NCBI RefSeq assembly: GCF_006345805.1
Contig: NC_043015.1
Span: 12,028,001-12,092,000 of the forward strand
From: Octopus sinensis
Lineage: Eukaryota
Direction: 5' to 3'
Length of the DNA: 64,000 bases
Shown: positions 1 through 13,515 of the stretch, one piece after another
Numbering within the stretch: position 1 is the first letter of the stretch
How the letters are laid out: every line of letters begins with the position of its first letter
Made by a program: the position numbers and the translations under genes
Notes under the pieces: generated by a model
Database searches by the model: none
What the model was told of the DNA's origin: nothing
What the model saw: only the letters and a program-made list of their open reading frames with translations

Positions 1-1009
1 TTCTACAGTTTTCACAGAGCATTAAACAGCAGTCATGATGTTTAGCATTTTGTTACCTGACACGAATCGTCATGATACATGTAGCACGTTTTCCAATATT
101 CAGCTGGCTTCCAATCCTCCATGTCAACTAACTTTTTCGCAATTACAACTTTAATCTTTATACTCTCCAACGCTGTTGATTATTCACCGACACATCAAGC
201 TGTTCTTGTAAAAAGATGACATGAAAAAAAGTTGTTAAATTTAGTCCGAACACCTTGTACATACATATAACATACATATACATGTATATGCATAAATGTG
301 TGTGTCTGTCTGTGTATGCATAAATGTGTGTGTCTGTGTCTGTGTCTGTGTGGGCATGTGTATGTACGTGTGTGTGTATGTGATGCTCACCCGATTCAGA
401 TGCTCCACCTCATACTACACCTCATAACATAATGCTTATTTGCATCACTGATTCTTAGTCAAGCGAAGTGAAATAAAATAGTGACATGAACTTGTAAATA
501 CCTATGTCGGTTCATATATGGACATTAAAGTGTATGGACATTAAAATCATATTATAAATCCATTTACCAAACATACTTCTCAAATTATTTTCATTTATTT
601 ATTGATTGTTTTTCTGCTTTTTATTTGTTTGCTTATTTGCTTTCTGTTTTTATTATTTTTATTTTTTGGCTTAAATTTTCTAAAACGCCCTTGTCAGCAA
701 AACTGAAATTTCTAAAAAGACAAAACAATCTTGTTTTATGGCCTATTATATTACCTAATATTATTATTACTGTCTATAACTGGTTTATTATTTAACAAAT
801 ACAACACAGAAAAAAGTGTTAAGTGTATCTATAAAATGTAAATTTTGTATTTATGTAAATAAATATATATTATGGAAAATGCAATTTTTATATAAAATAT
901 CAAATATAGTAATATATTTTTTATAAAATAAGATTTTTATTGAAGCCGGGAGTGAAGTCAATCTTTTACATTCTATAGAAATGGTTGAGACGTTATAAAT
1001 GACTATGAA

Positions 1010-1500
1010 CAGGAATCGATTCTGAGCATCGATTAGAACAGCCTGGAGGACTCTCAGGTAAGACATCAGGGTCAAATTCCCAAATACCTTCGATCTGCTA
1101 CTACTAGTGGAGGGATCATTTGCCTATTCGGGATGAATTCTACAGTCTTGTCTGTATTGGAACCGCCAGTAAACTAACATGTGAAAGGTGTGGTGGAGGA
1201 CGACGAACTATCAACTCGTTCAGTGTCCACGCATTACTGGTTGCCATGTTTATGGTGACCAGCTGTTCTCAAGATCGAGATAGATTAGGGTTTCTGTCGA
1301 GATAATCGAAAAATATGAAGTCATCGATTTCCTTTGACTACAAAGGATATGCCTTCTTCTGTATGGTCGCTATGCTTAAAGATGCTGTATGATGTAGCAG
1401 CTGAAAGGCTTAATGAAAAGGCGTTCCTTCTCAGATCAAGCCCTCACCAACTCCTCCAAGTTCATGTGAAGAAGAAAGGTAAAGATTAAAGGGAAGTGCT
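1010..1500 (-). mobile_element. Possible highly decayed RTE-type LINE endonuclease fragment
   Basis: Minus-strand peptides HELGGVGEGLI*EG and HTEEGISFVVK loosely resemble the RTE APE segments GxGxxxEG and xGVGFxV. Many stops are present. Confidence 0.25.
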
Positions 1501-1844
1501 GTTCTCCGTTAATTTAAGACACGTGGAATAATAGCAAGATTAGCGTAATAAATTAATTTGCTCAATAAAATTGACCCCAGTATATGACTGGTTGAAAGGC
1601 AAAGTCGACCACGTTCAAGATGAACAAAAGCGTAACCATATGCTACACGATGTTCTGTCTGGAACTCTACCAATTCTGTTTCCCATGACTCTTATCCATT
1701 CCTAATACTTCTACAACCCTTTCTGTTCTTCTTCATTCTTTCTACTAATGCTGAATTTATATATTAACACTAACCCACACAATTATGTGAGATCGGCTCG
1801 GAAACAGTCGGTTATATCGACCTCAATACTTGACCGGTCGTACC

Positions 1845-2944
1845 ACAGTACGTGTTGGAAATCCTGGTCTCACTGATTGCTTTCACATACATAGCTCGTG
1901 ATCTGAGATCATTGAGCAGGCGACCTTGCTTCCAGAGTTACCCCAAACTTCATACATTTATGCAACCTACACCAAAATCTGCCATGTTGGTAGGAAAGAA
2001 GAGAGGAATAAACGGTTACGAATTTTAATGGATTTTCTTGCAGGTATTCGAGTGTACCAGAATCCCTTTTTTGTGTGAGACTCCTGCAGAAATCCTGAAT
2101 AAGCCTGTTTAATTCGTAACGCTGGCATTTCCAACGTTATCTTAGGAGCCTCTCACACTCACTTCCTTATATTTTTCTATTCCTTATGTTTTTCTATTGC
2201 AATCCTCACCAATATCAAGTCACCTGGGACTTTCTCAGCCTTTATTGAAAGCCTGTCTCTTTGCCTCCACTTTGCGCTAATAAAAGATCACAGTTCTTTG
2301 CTTGCACAAAGTTTGATGTGACAGCAATTTGTTGTTTTTGTTCTAGTTGTTGTTGCTGTTTCGTATGCACGTTTTCTTTTTCTTACTGTTTGTGAAGGTG
2401 GTGGCAGTGATGGTGTATTTGTTGTTCCTGTGAATCGAGCATTGTTTCGAGTTGATGTTGAGTCGGTGTTGTTTTGTGTTGCGTTTCTTTCCTTTTTGAT
2501 TTTTATCAGATTTTTAATCTTCTTGCCCTTCTTCTTCCTCATCCTCAGTAGTATTGTCGGATGGCGCCAACTCGAACTGTGGAGAGGCGCGTTGTGTCTA
2601 CTTCCATGTTAGTGCATGTAGGAGGGTGGGGAATACGATCAAGCGAAGAAAGCGTGCAGGTTTGAGATGACCCCTGGATAGGAATTATCTTTTTACCGTC
2701 ATTTTTGTTTCGCCATCTCAGTTGCTACTGCTAAAATGTTTGATGTCGATGTTGTTAGTGCTTTAGTTGTTGCTATTTCCACATTTTTGTTTTGCTACGG
2801 ATGAAGATGTTGCTGTAGTTGATGTTGTTGTTGCTATTGTTGATGTTGACACAGATGCTGTTATTTTAGTTCTTTCTTTTTTCTTATTACAGCTGTTGCG
2901 ACTACTTCGGTTGTTGTACAATGTTGTTGTTGTTGTTACTGCTA

Positions 2945-2981
<37 letters not shown>

Positions 2982-3783
2982 TGTTGCAGCAGTTGTGTCA
3001 GCAGTAGTGTGACCCTCCTTTCATTTTCTACTTCGGTTGTGTAGGCAGAACGTTCTGAGATGGTCAATTGTTTCCCGGACGTGGCACCGCGATCGTCTTT
3101 CTTCCACAATTATTCTTAGTTCCGTTTATTCGACAGAGAAAGGAGGTTTTAGATATTTTCCAGATGCTCAAGCTTTACTTGGAGAAGGGCTTCCAGTTTG
3201 ATCCCAAACAGTTCTCCTGCTTTGTTCTTTTCACATCCAGTAATATTTTTCCTCCCTTCTAACACTTTGCATACAGAGCGTCCAATCAGAGAAAGATCCC
3301 CGGTGGGAAACCTCGGTGTTGTTACCTTCACCGCAGTTTTCCCAAATAAGTGGGGAAGAGAGCGAAGTCGTCACTGTCTAATGACCATTGAATGCCGTAC
3401 TACGAGGATTATGGTATTAAATACAAGATCGATCCGCCGAACTTCTTTGTTCTAGACATGCTTAATGCCCTGCCATACATCGAGGAGTGTATCCTCTTTC
3501 TGAGCATTCGCGACCGACCCTGATGACGAGTGTAAATCTCAAGCAGAGAAATATGCCAGTCTTTTCAGCAGCTGCAGCTGAAGCTTCAGGAAGGGCGCAT
3601 CTCTGCTCTTCTTCCATCAATTTTCCTAACACTTAGCGGTGCCCAATAATTTCGCCCGCTTATCATCAAAGGACAAACTGTATAATTTCCTTGTAGAGAT
3701 TACTCCCGTGAAGGATACATTGCAATTGTAGCTGTTGGCGATGTTACTACTGCTGCTGCCTCTCCTCCTGCTGTTGCTGCCAT
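1845..3783 (-). mobile_element. Decayed Tx1/L1-clade LINE 5' part (ORF1 plus start of ORF2 AP endonuclease)
   Basis: ORF1-like frames start at an ATG near 3783 (MAATAGGEAAAVV) and include a degenerate CCHC knuckle CHVRETIDHLRTFC at ~3045-3086 and a low-complexity C-terminus. ORF2 starts at 1985 and reads MADFGVGCINV*SLG*LWKQGRLLNDLRSRAMYVKAISETRIS, a typical APE N-terminus. The element is truncated near 1845. Confidence 0.75.
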
Positions 3784-3837
3784 TGCTAGCTCTGCTACTA
3801 TTGTCGCCGTTATCGTAAACAAAGCTTTTTATATATA

Positions 3838-4229
3838 CTAGCAGTATCGCCCGGCATTGTTCGGGTTTGTTTCGACCCTTTAGAATTGGAATTTTCGAAA
3901 AGTAAACATTTTGCATTATGTAGCTTGTTATTTTCTTTAAGTGAACATTTTTCTGGTTGAAATACACACAAAAATGGCGACACAGCTGTAAAAAAATCGT
4001 AAAAAATGGGGATTTTCATAGAAAAAAAGCACCTTTTTGATGTAAATAATTTTTGGTGCTAACATGGTTCGATTTGAATGATTTCTTCTACGAAAGAAAG
4101 AGCAAGCCTTCTTCTATCATTCTTTCTATTTTGGTCAACTTACGCCGCAGGGTCTCAGAGGAGATAGTGTTAGTCGAAGGTTACCAAACCTGCCATACAC
4201 AGACAAATTCAGTGTTATATATAGAGAGA
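3838..4229 (-). mobile_element. Non-autonomous Helitron
   Basis: The minus strand starts A|TCTCTCTATATATAAC and ends CCCGAACAATGCCGGGCGATACTGCTAG|T. This gives a 5' TC, a subterminal hairpin, a 3' CTAG and an A/T insertion site. The 3' end matches the copy at 47219-47724. Confidence 0.75.
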
Positions 4230-5569
4230 TTTTGTCCATGTTTTGTATTTTTGTACTAGTTTATCTCATTTCGTTACTTCATATATTTATCATCCTCCAG
4301 GAGATCTTTTACAATAATTTTTACATTAAAGAAGACTCCTAGTTCCCTATGAGCTTCGTAGATATTTTGTCTGAGTTAGCTTGTAGGTTGTGTATTCTAA
4401 AGACAATCTTTCCTTTTTCTATTTCCTGTCATGCTTTACCAATTCATTTAGTTTTCTATTGAGAGTTGAAAATATTTATAACTACATCATATAACCGAAC
4501 AAAAATATTTTAGGCTTTAATTTAAGAAATCTCTGTTTTCTATAAAACATCTGTAAAATTTGTGAGTTTTGTCTCCCTCTCTCCATATCCCCCACACACA
4601 CATATACACACTGCATTCATTCATTTTGTATTCCTGCTTCTGTATTTACCAGAATATTAATGGCTTGTGTTAGTTTTCTTCTCTTTAACGTTGCCTTAGC
4701 ACATATTTCGAAATCGAATTTCAAGCAAATTTCCCAAATAAGAATTTGTTTTATATGTAATAGTTTTTTTTTTCCATTGCGTGATATGTCCAGCAGTGTA
4801 CTTGAGGTAATTTATATATACAGGACATAAACAACTGAGGCTTCATACCATTTGTATATACATTCAGCCTGCCTTCACGTGTCTGTTAAAGACACGAAGT
4901 TCTTTTAGCTTGTATTGTTTTCGTTGGTTGTGTATACCAACAACGGTCAATCATCTATTCGTTGCATTTTTATGTCCTGTGCTCGGGTTACTCTTCTGAT
5001 AGATAACGTTGTTTGCGGTCGTTAATTTAGCTTTTTGTTATTTTTATCGTATCCAACGTCGCCAGCGGTCGGGGAGACTCGTGATCAAATTCATTCTGTG
5101 ACCATCCTGTATTTTGTTTTCAGACAAATTTTCCAGGATTTCATTATCTTTCCTTTTCTTAGACGTGTAGTAAGTGACATTAGTGTTTCGGCTGATATTT
5201 CTAGCAGGTTGAATTACTCCTGTACAGTCTTCCTCGGTGGCATGTCTTCGAAAATGCTTTGGGAAAACGTTAGATTCAAATCTAACGAGAGAACCTCTAA
5301 GTGGTGGATCCATTTGCAAAAAGAGTTGTCAAATCTCTCTCAAATCACACATTGCCTTCTTAAAAACTAGAATGGAAAGCTACATTGGACAAAGATAATT
5401 ACGTCTGAAATGCCTTTAATCGTGGGTTGACTCAACAGGCCCACGTTCAAAAGTATTCTATGACTTTACTGAGATATTTATTATTATTATCAAAGATATA
5501 TCTGCTATTTCTAGCATGACTAAAAGTCACATAGTGACAGTCTCGTTGACTTGCGGATGCTGTTTTTCT

Positions 5570-5860
5570 TTTGTTTAACACCAGCACAATTCGGATTGAA
5601 TATAAATGTATTCCGGCCATGACCATCCCATTTTTTTCATTTATAATTATTCTCCAATGTGTTACTTATTTTTTGAAAGATGAAAGTGTGTTTTCAAGGC
5701 AATTAGGTTGCTTTTTCTAGCAGACCAAACGACTAAATAGTGACTCAATTATCAGCTTCTTTTTAAATAAATCTAACCCTTCCTCGCAAAAGACTGTAAT
5801 TTGTGCTTTGAGAGTGACTTGGCTGCTATTTGAAGCATGTCGAGCGACCGCTTGAGGTTT
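5570..5860 (+). repeat. Old dispersed bipartite repeat (two GCTGCTATTTCTAGCA-type modules)
   Basis: A module ending ...GGCCATGACCATCCC is followed by GGTTGCTTTTTCTAGCAG and GGCTGCTATTTGAAGCATGTCGAGCGACC. Related modules recur across the window. Confidence 0.55.
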
Positions 5861-6624
5861 TCTATATAAAGTGGTAGAGACTTCCTCGTTTATTTGAAAA
5901 TAACAAAATATTGATATTAATTTATGTTTTGTGTGAAAAGCTGTCTGGGAAATTGTTTAGCACATCGTCTTATTGTTTAGTATAGAGACACCAAGTTAAT
6001 ATCGATGCAGATGTTCCGGATGTTTTGAGGGATTTGATCGGTGAATTAGAAAGCCGGGTGTAATTGAAAAAAAAAATACAAGGAAAAGAAAATCATAAAA
6101 TTGCTGGCTTGAAAGTGTATCGTATTTCTATATAATGAACTATTGCGCAAGTGAATTTCCTCTGCAGCATATCTAGTGAGAAAATAGACATCAATCACAA
6201 TATATGATATTATGTGGTTGGCATAAGAAATGCAATTATCGAAGGAAAAAATAAAATAAATATTTTCCATGAAGAATTTGTGGAAAAAATCCAAATTTAT
6301 AAAAGAAAAAAACAGGTTGGAAAATAACGCGATATGAAGAATAATTCTCGATGCAAAGGAGAATATAATTTCTTGGTAAAAAAATTTATCAGAGAATTTC
6401 TTATATTCACAAGCAATATATCACCAAAAACACTGACAACTACAACACTAATCTACATATTATGTGAATGTTCATATTGTTGTTAAAGAGAATTTTAGGA
6501 AAATAACGGAAATCTTGGATTTATGATCATTCTATGAAAAAAATGAAATGGTTTTATATATATGTATGGCAGTATTTTTATTGGTTTGATCTATAAGAAG
6601 GGGTTGTGTCCATTCTGTTCACAT

Positions 6625-7760
6625 ACGCTCACAGACTGCTGAGATTTGCTTGGTTAATATTACTCTTGTACAGATATGAAACAACAGCTGAAGGGAATAT
6701 ATGTGCGGAGTAGGAATTAACAGAGAACTTATATATTGGGAAGAATGGATGATTTTGATGTTAGTAATGGTCCTAACGTGGACACAATATAAGTAATAAG
6801 AGGAAGGAAGGCAAGAGTATCGAGAAAGCCTGAGCAGGCGGGAAGCACGAGAAGCTATAGGTCTAAGGAGCACAGGTATTGTAGAGGCGGTAGAAAATTC
6901 AACGAGCGGAGACAGAACGTCTGTGAGTCAGAGGCTGGGATATATTAGTGATTTGATTATAATCAGTAAAGGGGTCACAGTTCTGGGTAAAAGCTTCCTA
7001 GTTTAAAGATATGGAAGATTTTCTCCAAAAGTTGTGGATTGTGTTTTCAGCCTTAACTGCCGCAACGCACTTACGATGGAACTATTCATGGATACTCAGA
7101 GTTTTACATGCAGGTGAAATGTGGTTTGGTCATCCAACTAGCTGTGGTGGTCGGCACAGACCCAGTTGCACTTGACATACCATAGGATGTGAGAGATAGC
7201 AGTATTACATAGCATACGGGTGTAAGGGTGTATGGCTGGTAATCATGATAAGGTAATGCAAGAACTGAAGTTTTAATAGATGTTGGACTTGGAAATGAGA
7301 AAGAGTATTTTAGGCCTCTTTGAGTCGATTAGGGGATGAAATTTCTGTATGTAGGTAATTGTGGATTGCGGGAGATTCATTACTGCAACCTTGGCACCAG
7401 TGTAGATACAGAGTTGTAAATACTGAAAGTAATGAGGACTTTAACTTTAGACAGGAGTAAAGTAAAAGAGATGTTCTTAGTGCGGGAAGAGAGATAGTCA
7501 AAGAGTTATTGGTGGTTATGAAGTTCGGAAATCATTAGCGGAAAGAAATAGTTTTGAAGGAATAGGGGAGATATCTGAACCCGGGAAAGTAGAAGTCTTT
7601 ATTACTGAGTGGAATACACCAGCGTACATTGTATTTGATAGCGAAGGTTTTGTCTAATGCAGAAGAAACAAACGTTCGAAGGGTACAAAAGATACAAATA
7701 TAAGAGCGATTGGGAAGGGGCATAGATCTTTTAAATCTTCTACAGATTCTAATTTCCTTA
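6625..7760 (-). mobile_element. Decayed CR1/L2-clade LINE, 3' part of RT ORF
   Basis: The minus-strand peptide QPLTHRRSVSAR*IFYRLYN (~6890-6950) matches the C-terminal motif PLxHRRxVAxLxLFYR of CR1/L2/Jockey RTs. The frames are broken by stops and shifts. Confidence 0.6.
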
Positions 7761-7858
7761 ACAATTGATTCACGAGTTTACCTATATGTATGTAAGTGTG
7801 TATAGAAGTTAGTATCCATGCATGAATGTACATATGTATGTACATACATACGTATAAT

Positions 7859-7950
<92 letters not shown>

Positions 7951-8059
7951 TTATATTCACACACACACACATATATATAAAAGCTTATAGAAATTTTATT
8001 TAGGCACTTATGAATATGAACGTATATGTGTAATATCTGGGGATGTATGTGAATGCGAT

Positions 8060-8640
8060 ATTTTGTTAGCAATCTTAGCCGAAAAATATCAAATGTATAT
8101 ATTATTCAAAAAGGAGAATATTTAATTCTATAATGAACTAAGCAGGAGCGAATTTCAAGAGAAACTGCAATAAATACAAGAATTAAATCTATTGAATAAT
8201 AAAACCAGAAGAAAAATCAAGATTCGCTCTCTGTTTTTTACTATGATTGTAACGACCAATCTAGAAATTTCCTAACATCGATCAAAACACATTTTGCCTT
8301 CAATTAAGCCTATTTCAACTTGTTCAACAAACACAATGGAAATGTTATCTATAATCTTATAAAGAAAACATCAGCAGTCTGAAAAAATAAGGCAATGAAA
8401 TTAACTGCACACCTTAGAATATGTCAGTTCTACCATTTAAATGATGTTTCTGTAACAATATACTGCCAACTCAATGGCAAGTTTCTCATTTCGACACAAG
8501 TCTAAAAAGTGAATGTATCATCCGCAGATAGAATTAAAAGGAATATTATTAGACTCTGAAAATATGTTCAAAACAAACACATAACATAAGTGTTCTGTAG
8601 AAACAGAAACTAAGGAAATTCCATTTGATTCTTCCATTTC
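8060..8640 (+). mobile_element. Decayed Penelope-like element fragment (linker to GIY-YIG)
   Basis: Plus-strand peptides VTTNL..FLTSIKTHF..FNLFNKHN and DSENMFKTNT*HKCS resemble the PLE motifs TNIGxxFLxLIDKHF..KIFNRN and GxSExxFKxRxxxH. Confidence 0.45.
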
Positions 8641-9019
8641 ATATCGTGCATGAAGAAAATGTTTTTGAAGACAAATCCGTTGAGTTATTCAGTAGTTGAA
8701 ACTACAATACACTACGTTAATGGAGTATGAAAATTTTCTGGTTCTGCCCGGCTAGTTTTGAGTTTTCTTGTAGTCTTCTTCGAGATGCTCACTAAAAGAT
8801 AGGTAGATGCTAAAAAAAGCATCTCACAATGAACAGTTAATATATTTAACCTATTAACTATTTTAAAATAAATTTCTTCCTTGTCTCTCGTTTAGCTCTG
8901 CCGATGCATACCAGGATTTGCGTAGTTATAGGTCCGATTTGGATGGCAGCAAATATCAAGGGGATGCTAGAAGAAAGCTGGATGCTTAGCGGTGTCACGA
9001 TTTTTCTTAGAAATAATAT

Positions 9020-9140
9020 ATCGATTTCAAATTTTGGCCCAAGGCCAGCGATTTTGGGAAGAGGCGTTATTATATTACATCGACCTGTGTTCAACTGGTA
9101 TTTATTACGACCCCGAAAGGATGAAAGGCAAAGTCGACCT
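9020..9140 (-). mobile_element. SINE family A (tRNA head, Meta-like core) 3' fragment
   Basis: Contains CCCCGAAAGGATGAAAGGCAAAGTCGAC, the reverse complement of the family core, and the short tail. Confidence 0.75.
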
Positions 9141-9322
9141 CTTAGAAATAAAATATTTAAAATATTCTTTTGAAAACAAAACATTTTCAAGCACATTTTG
9201 TCGAGCTTAAAATCTGAGCTGGACATTATATCAACAATGAGCAGAAAACACGACTGATGATGCGGCAAGATCCAATAAAATAATTTCATTGTATAAGTCT
9301 TCGTCTCCTTTGGTAATTTCTC

Positions 9323-9830
9323 GCAGGTATGTCTGTGTGATTAAAGAGCTCACTCCGCAACCATTTCGTTCTGGGTTCAGTCGCACTAGTCAGCACCTTG
9401 GACAAAGTTTCAATTATAGCCCTGGCTCGACCAATACATAGGGAGCAAATTTGATAAATGGAAACTGCGTTGAAGCCCGTCGTGTATACATGTGTCTGCG
9501 ATCTGGTGTGTGTGTATGTGTGTGTGTGTGTGTTTGTGTGAAGGTGTTTGTGCTTGTAGTCCCTCCACTGCTTTGGGAGAGGATTTGGTAGACGGAAACT
9601 GGAAGAATCCCTTCGTGTGTGTGTATGTGTGTGTATGTGTCTGTTTTTGTGTTTGACAACCTGCTGCAGTGTGTTTCCGTCCTCGTAACTTAATGCTTCA
9701 GCATAAGAGTCCAATCGAGTAGGCTTTTAAAATAAACAAGTCTTGGGTTCTATTCATTCGACTAAAAAACCTTTGAATGTAGTGCCCCAGCATAGCCGCA
9801 GTCAAATGACTGAAACAAGTAAAAAACAAA
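9323..9830 (+). mobile_element. SINE family B (tRNA head, internal microsatellite), diverged with partial internal duplication
   Basis: Has a head with GGGTTCAGTC, GGAAACTG..GAAGCCCGTCG, an internal (TG)n and the tail GCAGTCAAATGACTGAAACAAGTAAAA shared with other copies. Confidence 0.8.
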
Positions 9831-9914
9831 TAACGTTGCCGCAGCACTGCCCTCAATTTGGCAATTTTTGCAATGCTGGTGGAAGTTGAATGAAGTCAAA
9901 ATAACTGCTCCGTG

Positions 9915-10120
9915 GTTTATGGTTTCAAATTTTGGCACAAGGCCAGCAATTTTGGAAGTGGGGTGGGAATCGATTGATTGATAGTTATTCTATCGACTCC
10001 GAAAGGATGAAAAACAAAGTCGACGAAATTTGAACTCAGAACTAGACAGACGAAATGCTGCTAAGATTACTTCGTGGCTAATGACTTCACCTTAGATTTT
10101 CTGCGATATTCGGGATACTT
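9915..10120 (-). mobile_element. SINE family A, diverged
   Basis: Contains the core TCGACTCCGAAAGGATGAAAAACAAAGTCGAC and the B-box complement AATTTGAACTC. Confidence 0.75.
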
Positions 10121-10160
10121 GAAGACGACATTGCAGAACACACATTATTCTGGGCTATCT

Positions 10161-10293
10161 TATTCCACCGAGGTCGACTTCGCCTTCTATCCTTTCGGGG
10201 TCGATAAACTGAGTACCGGTGAACCACTGGGGTCGATTTAAACGACGAGTCCCTTTCCCTCAAATTTCAGGCCTTTTGCCTATAGTATAAAAG
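10161..10293 (+). mobile_element. 5'-truncated SINE family A with 17-bp target-site duplication
   Basis: ATTATTCTGGGCTATCT occurs at 10144-10160 and 10294-10310, flanking the core and short tail. Confidence 0.9.
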
Positions 10294-10398
10294 ATTATTC
10301 TGGGCTATCTATTAAACAGTTCTTCCAAACAAAGATATATTGTACACACACACACGCACGCACACACACACTCACACGCATACGCACACACACACACA

Positions 10399-10487
<89 letters not shown>

Positions 10488-10925
10488 CACGCACACAAAC
10501 ACACATAAATCTTAGAAATTCGAATTTAAATTGTTTTAAATGATTTGTAACAAAATACTATTTATTTCGCGTTCAGATGTTTGTCAATCGAATGAAGAGT
10601 TATACTGAAACAGAGGCCTCAAGAATACAATAGAGGATTAACTATTCGAAATCCTGTGTTTTCTAGGGTTTTAAAATAAATCTAAATTACTTTAAAATAG
10701 AGGAAAACGCGTGTGTATATTAAAGGGTGGAGTTAAATATCATGTTTGTGATACATCGGTGGAGAGATATATTGAATGAGAGAACGAGGAGATGGAGAAC
10801 AAGCGTTCAAAGGTACAGAGAGATAAGAGAGTAGATTCAAAAAAGCTATTAGAGTGAGCGGAAAGAGAAGGTATCCACAAATCAAGGTAAAGGAAATGAG
10901 ATTGGGAGATAAGGAGAGAAAAAGT

Positions 10926-11346
10926 ATTACTTTTTACTTTTTTTTTACTTTTTTACTTGTTTCAGTCATTTGACTGCGGCCATGCTGGAGCACCGCCTTT
11001 AGTCGAGCAAATCGACCCCGGGACTTATTCTTTGTAAGCCCAGTACTTATTCTATTGGTCTCTTTTGCCGAACCGCTAAGTGACGGGGACGTAAACACAC
11101 CAGCATCGGTTGTCAAGCAATGCTAGGGGGACAAACACAGAAATACAAACATATACACACACACTTATATATATATATACATATATACGACAGGCTTCTT
11201 TCAGTTTCCGTCTACCAAATCCACTCACATGGCATTGGTCGGCCCGGGGCTATAGAAGAAGACACTTGCCCAAGATGCCACGCAGTGGGACTGAACCCGG
11301 AACCATGTGGTTGGTTAGCAAGCTACTTACCACACAGCCACTCCTG
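10926..11346 (-). mobile_element. SINE family B, full length
   Basis: On the minus strand the head is CAGGAGTGGCTGTGTGGTAAG...GGGTTCAGTCCC, followed by an internal (TA)/(TG) tract and a TACTTTT-repeat tail. Confidence 0.9.
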
Positions 11347-11555
11347 ATTACAAATTGTAGCACAAGGCCAGCAAATCTGTGTAGGAGCAAGTCGATTATA
11401 TCGACTCCATTGTTCTTCTGGTACTTAGTTTATCGACTCCGCAAGGATAGAATGCAAAGCCAACCTCGGCGGAATTTGAACTCAGAACGTAAAAACGAAC
11501 GAAATGTCGCTCGGTGTTTTGTCCAGAATGCTAACGATTCTGTCAGCTCGCCGCC
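11347..11555 (-). mobile_element. SINE family A, short-tail monomer
   Basis: Head GGCGGCGAGCTGACAGAATCGTTAGC, B box GAGTTCAAATTCC and core are present. Confidence 0.8.
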
Positions 11556-11574
11556 TTCTGACACAAGTATATAT

Positions 11575-12362
11575 TGGTTTCAAATCTTGACACAATGCCA
11601 GCAATTTCGGAGAAGGAGGGAAGTCGATTAGAACGATCCCAGTACTCAACAGGTACTTATTTTATCGACCCCGAAAGGATGAAAGGTGGAACGTAAAGCT
11701 AGGCTAATATTTTGCCCGGCACACTAACGATTCTTATTTCTTTACTGCCCGCAAAGGGCTACACACATAAGGGACAGACAAACGGATTAAGTTGATTATA
11801 TCGACCACAGTGCGTAACTGGAACTTATTTAATCGACCCCGAAAAGATGAAAGGTAAAGTCAACCTCGGCGGAATTTGAACTCAGAACGTAGCGGCAGAC
11901 GAAATACAGCTAAGCATTTCGCCCAGCATACTAACGATTCTTATTTCTTTATTGCCTACAAGGGGCTAAACATAGAGGGGACAAACAAGGACAGACAAAG
12001 GTATTAAGTCGATTACATCAACCCCAGTGCGTAACTGGTCCTTATTTAATCGACTCCGAAAGAATGAAAGGCAAAGTCTACCTCGGCGGAATTTGAACTC
12101 AGAACGTAACGGCAGACGAAATACCTATTTCTTTACTACCTAAAAGGGGGCTAAGCACAGAGAGAACAAACAAGGACAGGCAAACGAATTGAGTCGATTA
12201 TACCGAGCCCGGTGCGTAACTGGTACTTAATTTATCGACCCCGAAAGGATGAAAGGCAAAGTCTACCTCGGCGGAATTCGAACTCAGAACGTAACGGCAA
12301 ACGAAATACGGCTACGCATTTCACCCGGCGTGCTAAAGTTTCTGCCAGCTCGCCGCCTCCTA
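11575..12362 (-). mobile_element. SINE family A tandem array (one head, 3 long-tail units, 1 short-tail unit)
   Basis: The core CCGAAAGGATGAAAGG recurs at ~11670, 11840, 12058 and 12240. Junctions are AAAGAAATAG|GTATTTCG and AAAGAAATAA|GAATCGTTAG. Confidence 0.9.
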
Positions 12363-12370
12363 AAAGACGG

Positions 12371-12470
12371 NNNNNNNNNNNNNNNNNNNNNNNNNNNNNN
12401 NNNNNNNNNNNNNNNNNNNNNNNNNNNNNNNNNNNNNNNNNNNNNNNNNNNNNNNNNNNNNNNNNNNNNN
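12371..12470. other. Assembly gap (100 N)
   Basis: Run of n characters. Confidence 1.
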
Positions 12471-13163
12471 TTTAAGGAAATAGATAGATAGATACCACAA
12501 ACGCATGCAGACACACATAACACATACACACATACACGCATATCAACTCGTTGCTATCCATACAAACGCTGGTTTTGTTAAACATACTCTTTTAATGACA
12601 CTTTTGGTGCTGTAAAAATTGCGTATTATAGATCGTCATAATAATGGACGTTTTCTTTGTTTAATCATTGGCGGTGCAGTTGGGATTTTGCTGTGGTTTT
12701 TTTTTTTTTTGTTTTGTGTGTGTGAGAGAGAAAGGGAGAGAAATGATTGAGAAGATGGAGAAAATTGGAAGAAAGAGCCTTAGGAGGGAGAAGTCAAGGA
12801 AGTGGAGCTGAGAGGAATGCAAAATCAATTGTCGTTTGGCCATGTGTTTATGACATTGCGGAGCATTTTTGTAATTCCGTGGAACGACTATCAAAAGTAT
12901 CTCTCCATCTTTCTCTCCTCTCTCCCCTTTCTCTCCTCTCTCTCTCTCTCTCTCTCCCCTCTCTAGTTCTTTTCTCTCTGTGTGTTTGTGTGTGTTTGTC
13001 TGTGTATGTGTGCGTGTCTGTCGTTTGCTCTATCAAACTCTCGGCCGCCTTTAGCATCAATTCCCCTTGTAAACAATTCATTTAGAAATTTCAATAACAT
13101 TTCAACAGCTCCTCAATCATCTTACATAATTCACAAACACGAACACGCTCTCATACACAGAGA

Positions 13164-13220
<57 letters not shown>

Positions 13221-13417
13221 ATTGTCTTCATCCCCAGTTAAGTTGTCTTTCATTGATTTGATATTTTAACTCACAAATTTTAATTTTGTTTTCGTCTGTG
13301 GTGGGGAGATTAAATAAAACAATGAACGGCACAATGTATCAAATATATACAAATATACATACACACACACACGTATACACACAAACACGCACGCACACAC
13401 ACACATACACACACACA

Positions 13418-13448
<31 letters not shown>

Positions 13449-13478
13449 TATGCACACACATACATACATATAAATGTG

Positions 13479-13515
<37 letters not shown>

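Noticed and set aside
5035-5370. Overlapping 111-aa and 91-aa ORFs
   Set aside because: No recognisable domain, and the region contains the old dispersed repeat motif.
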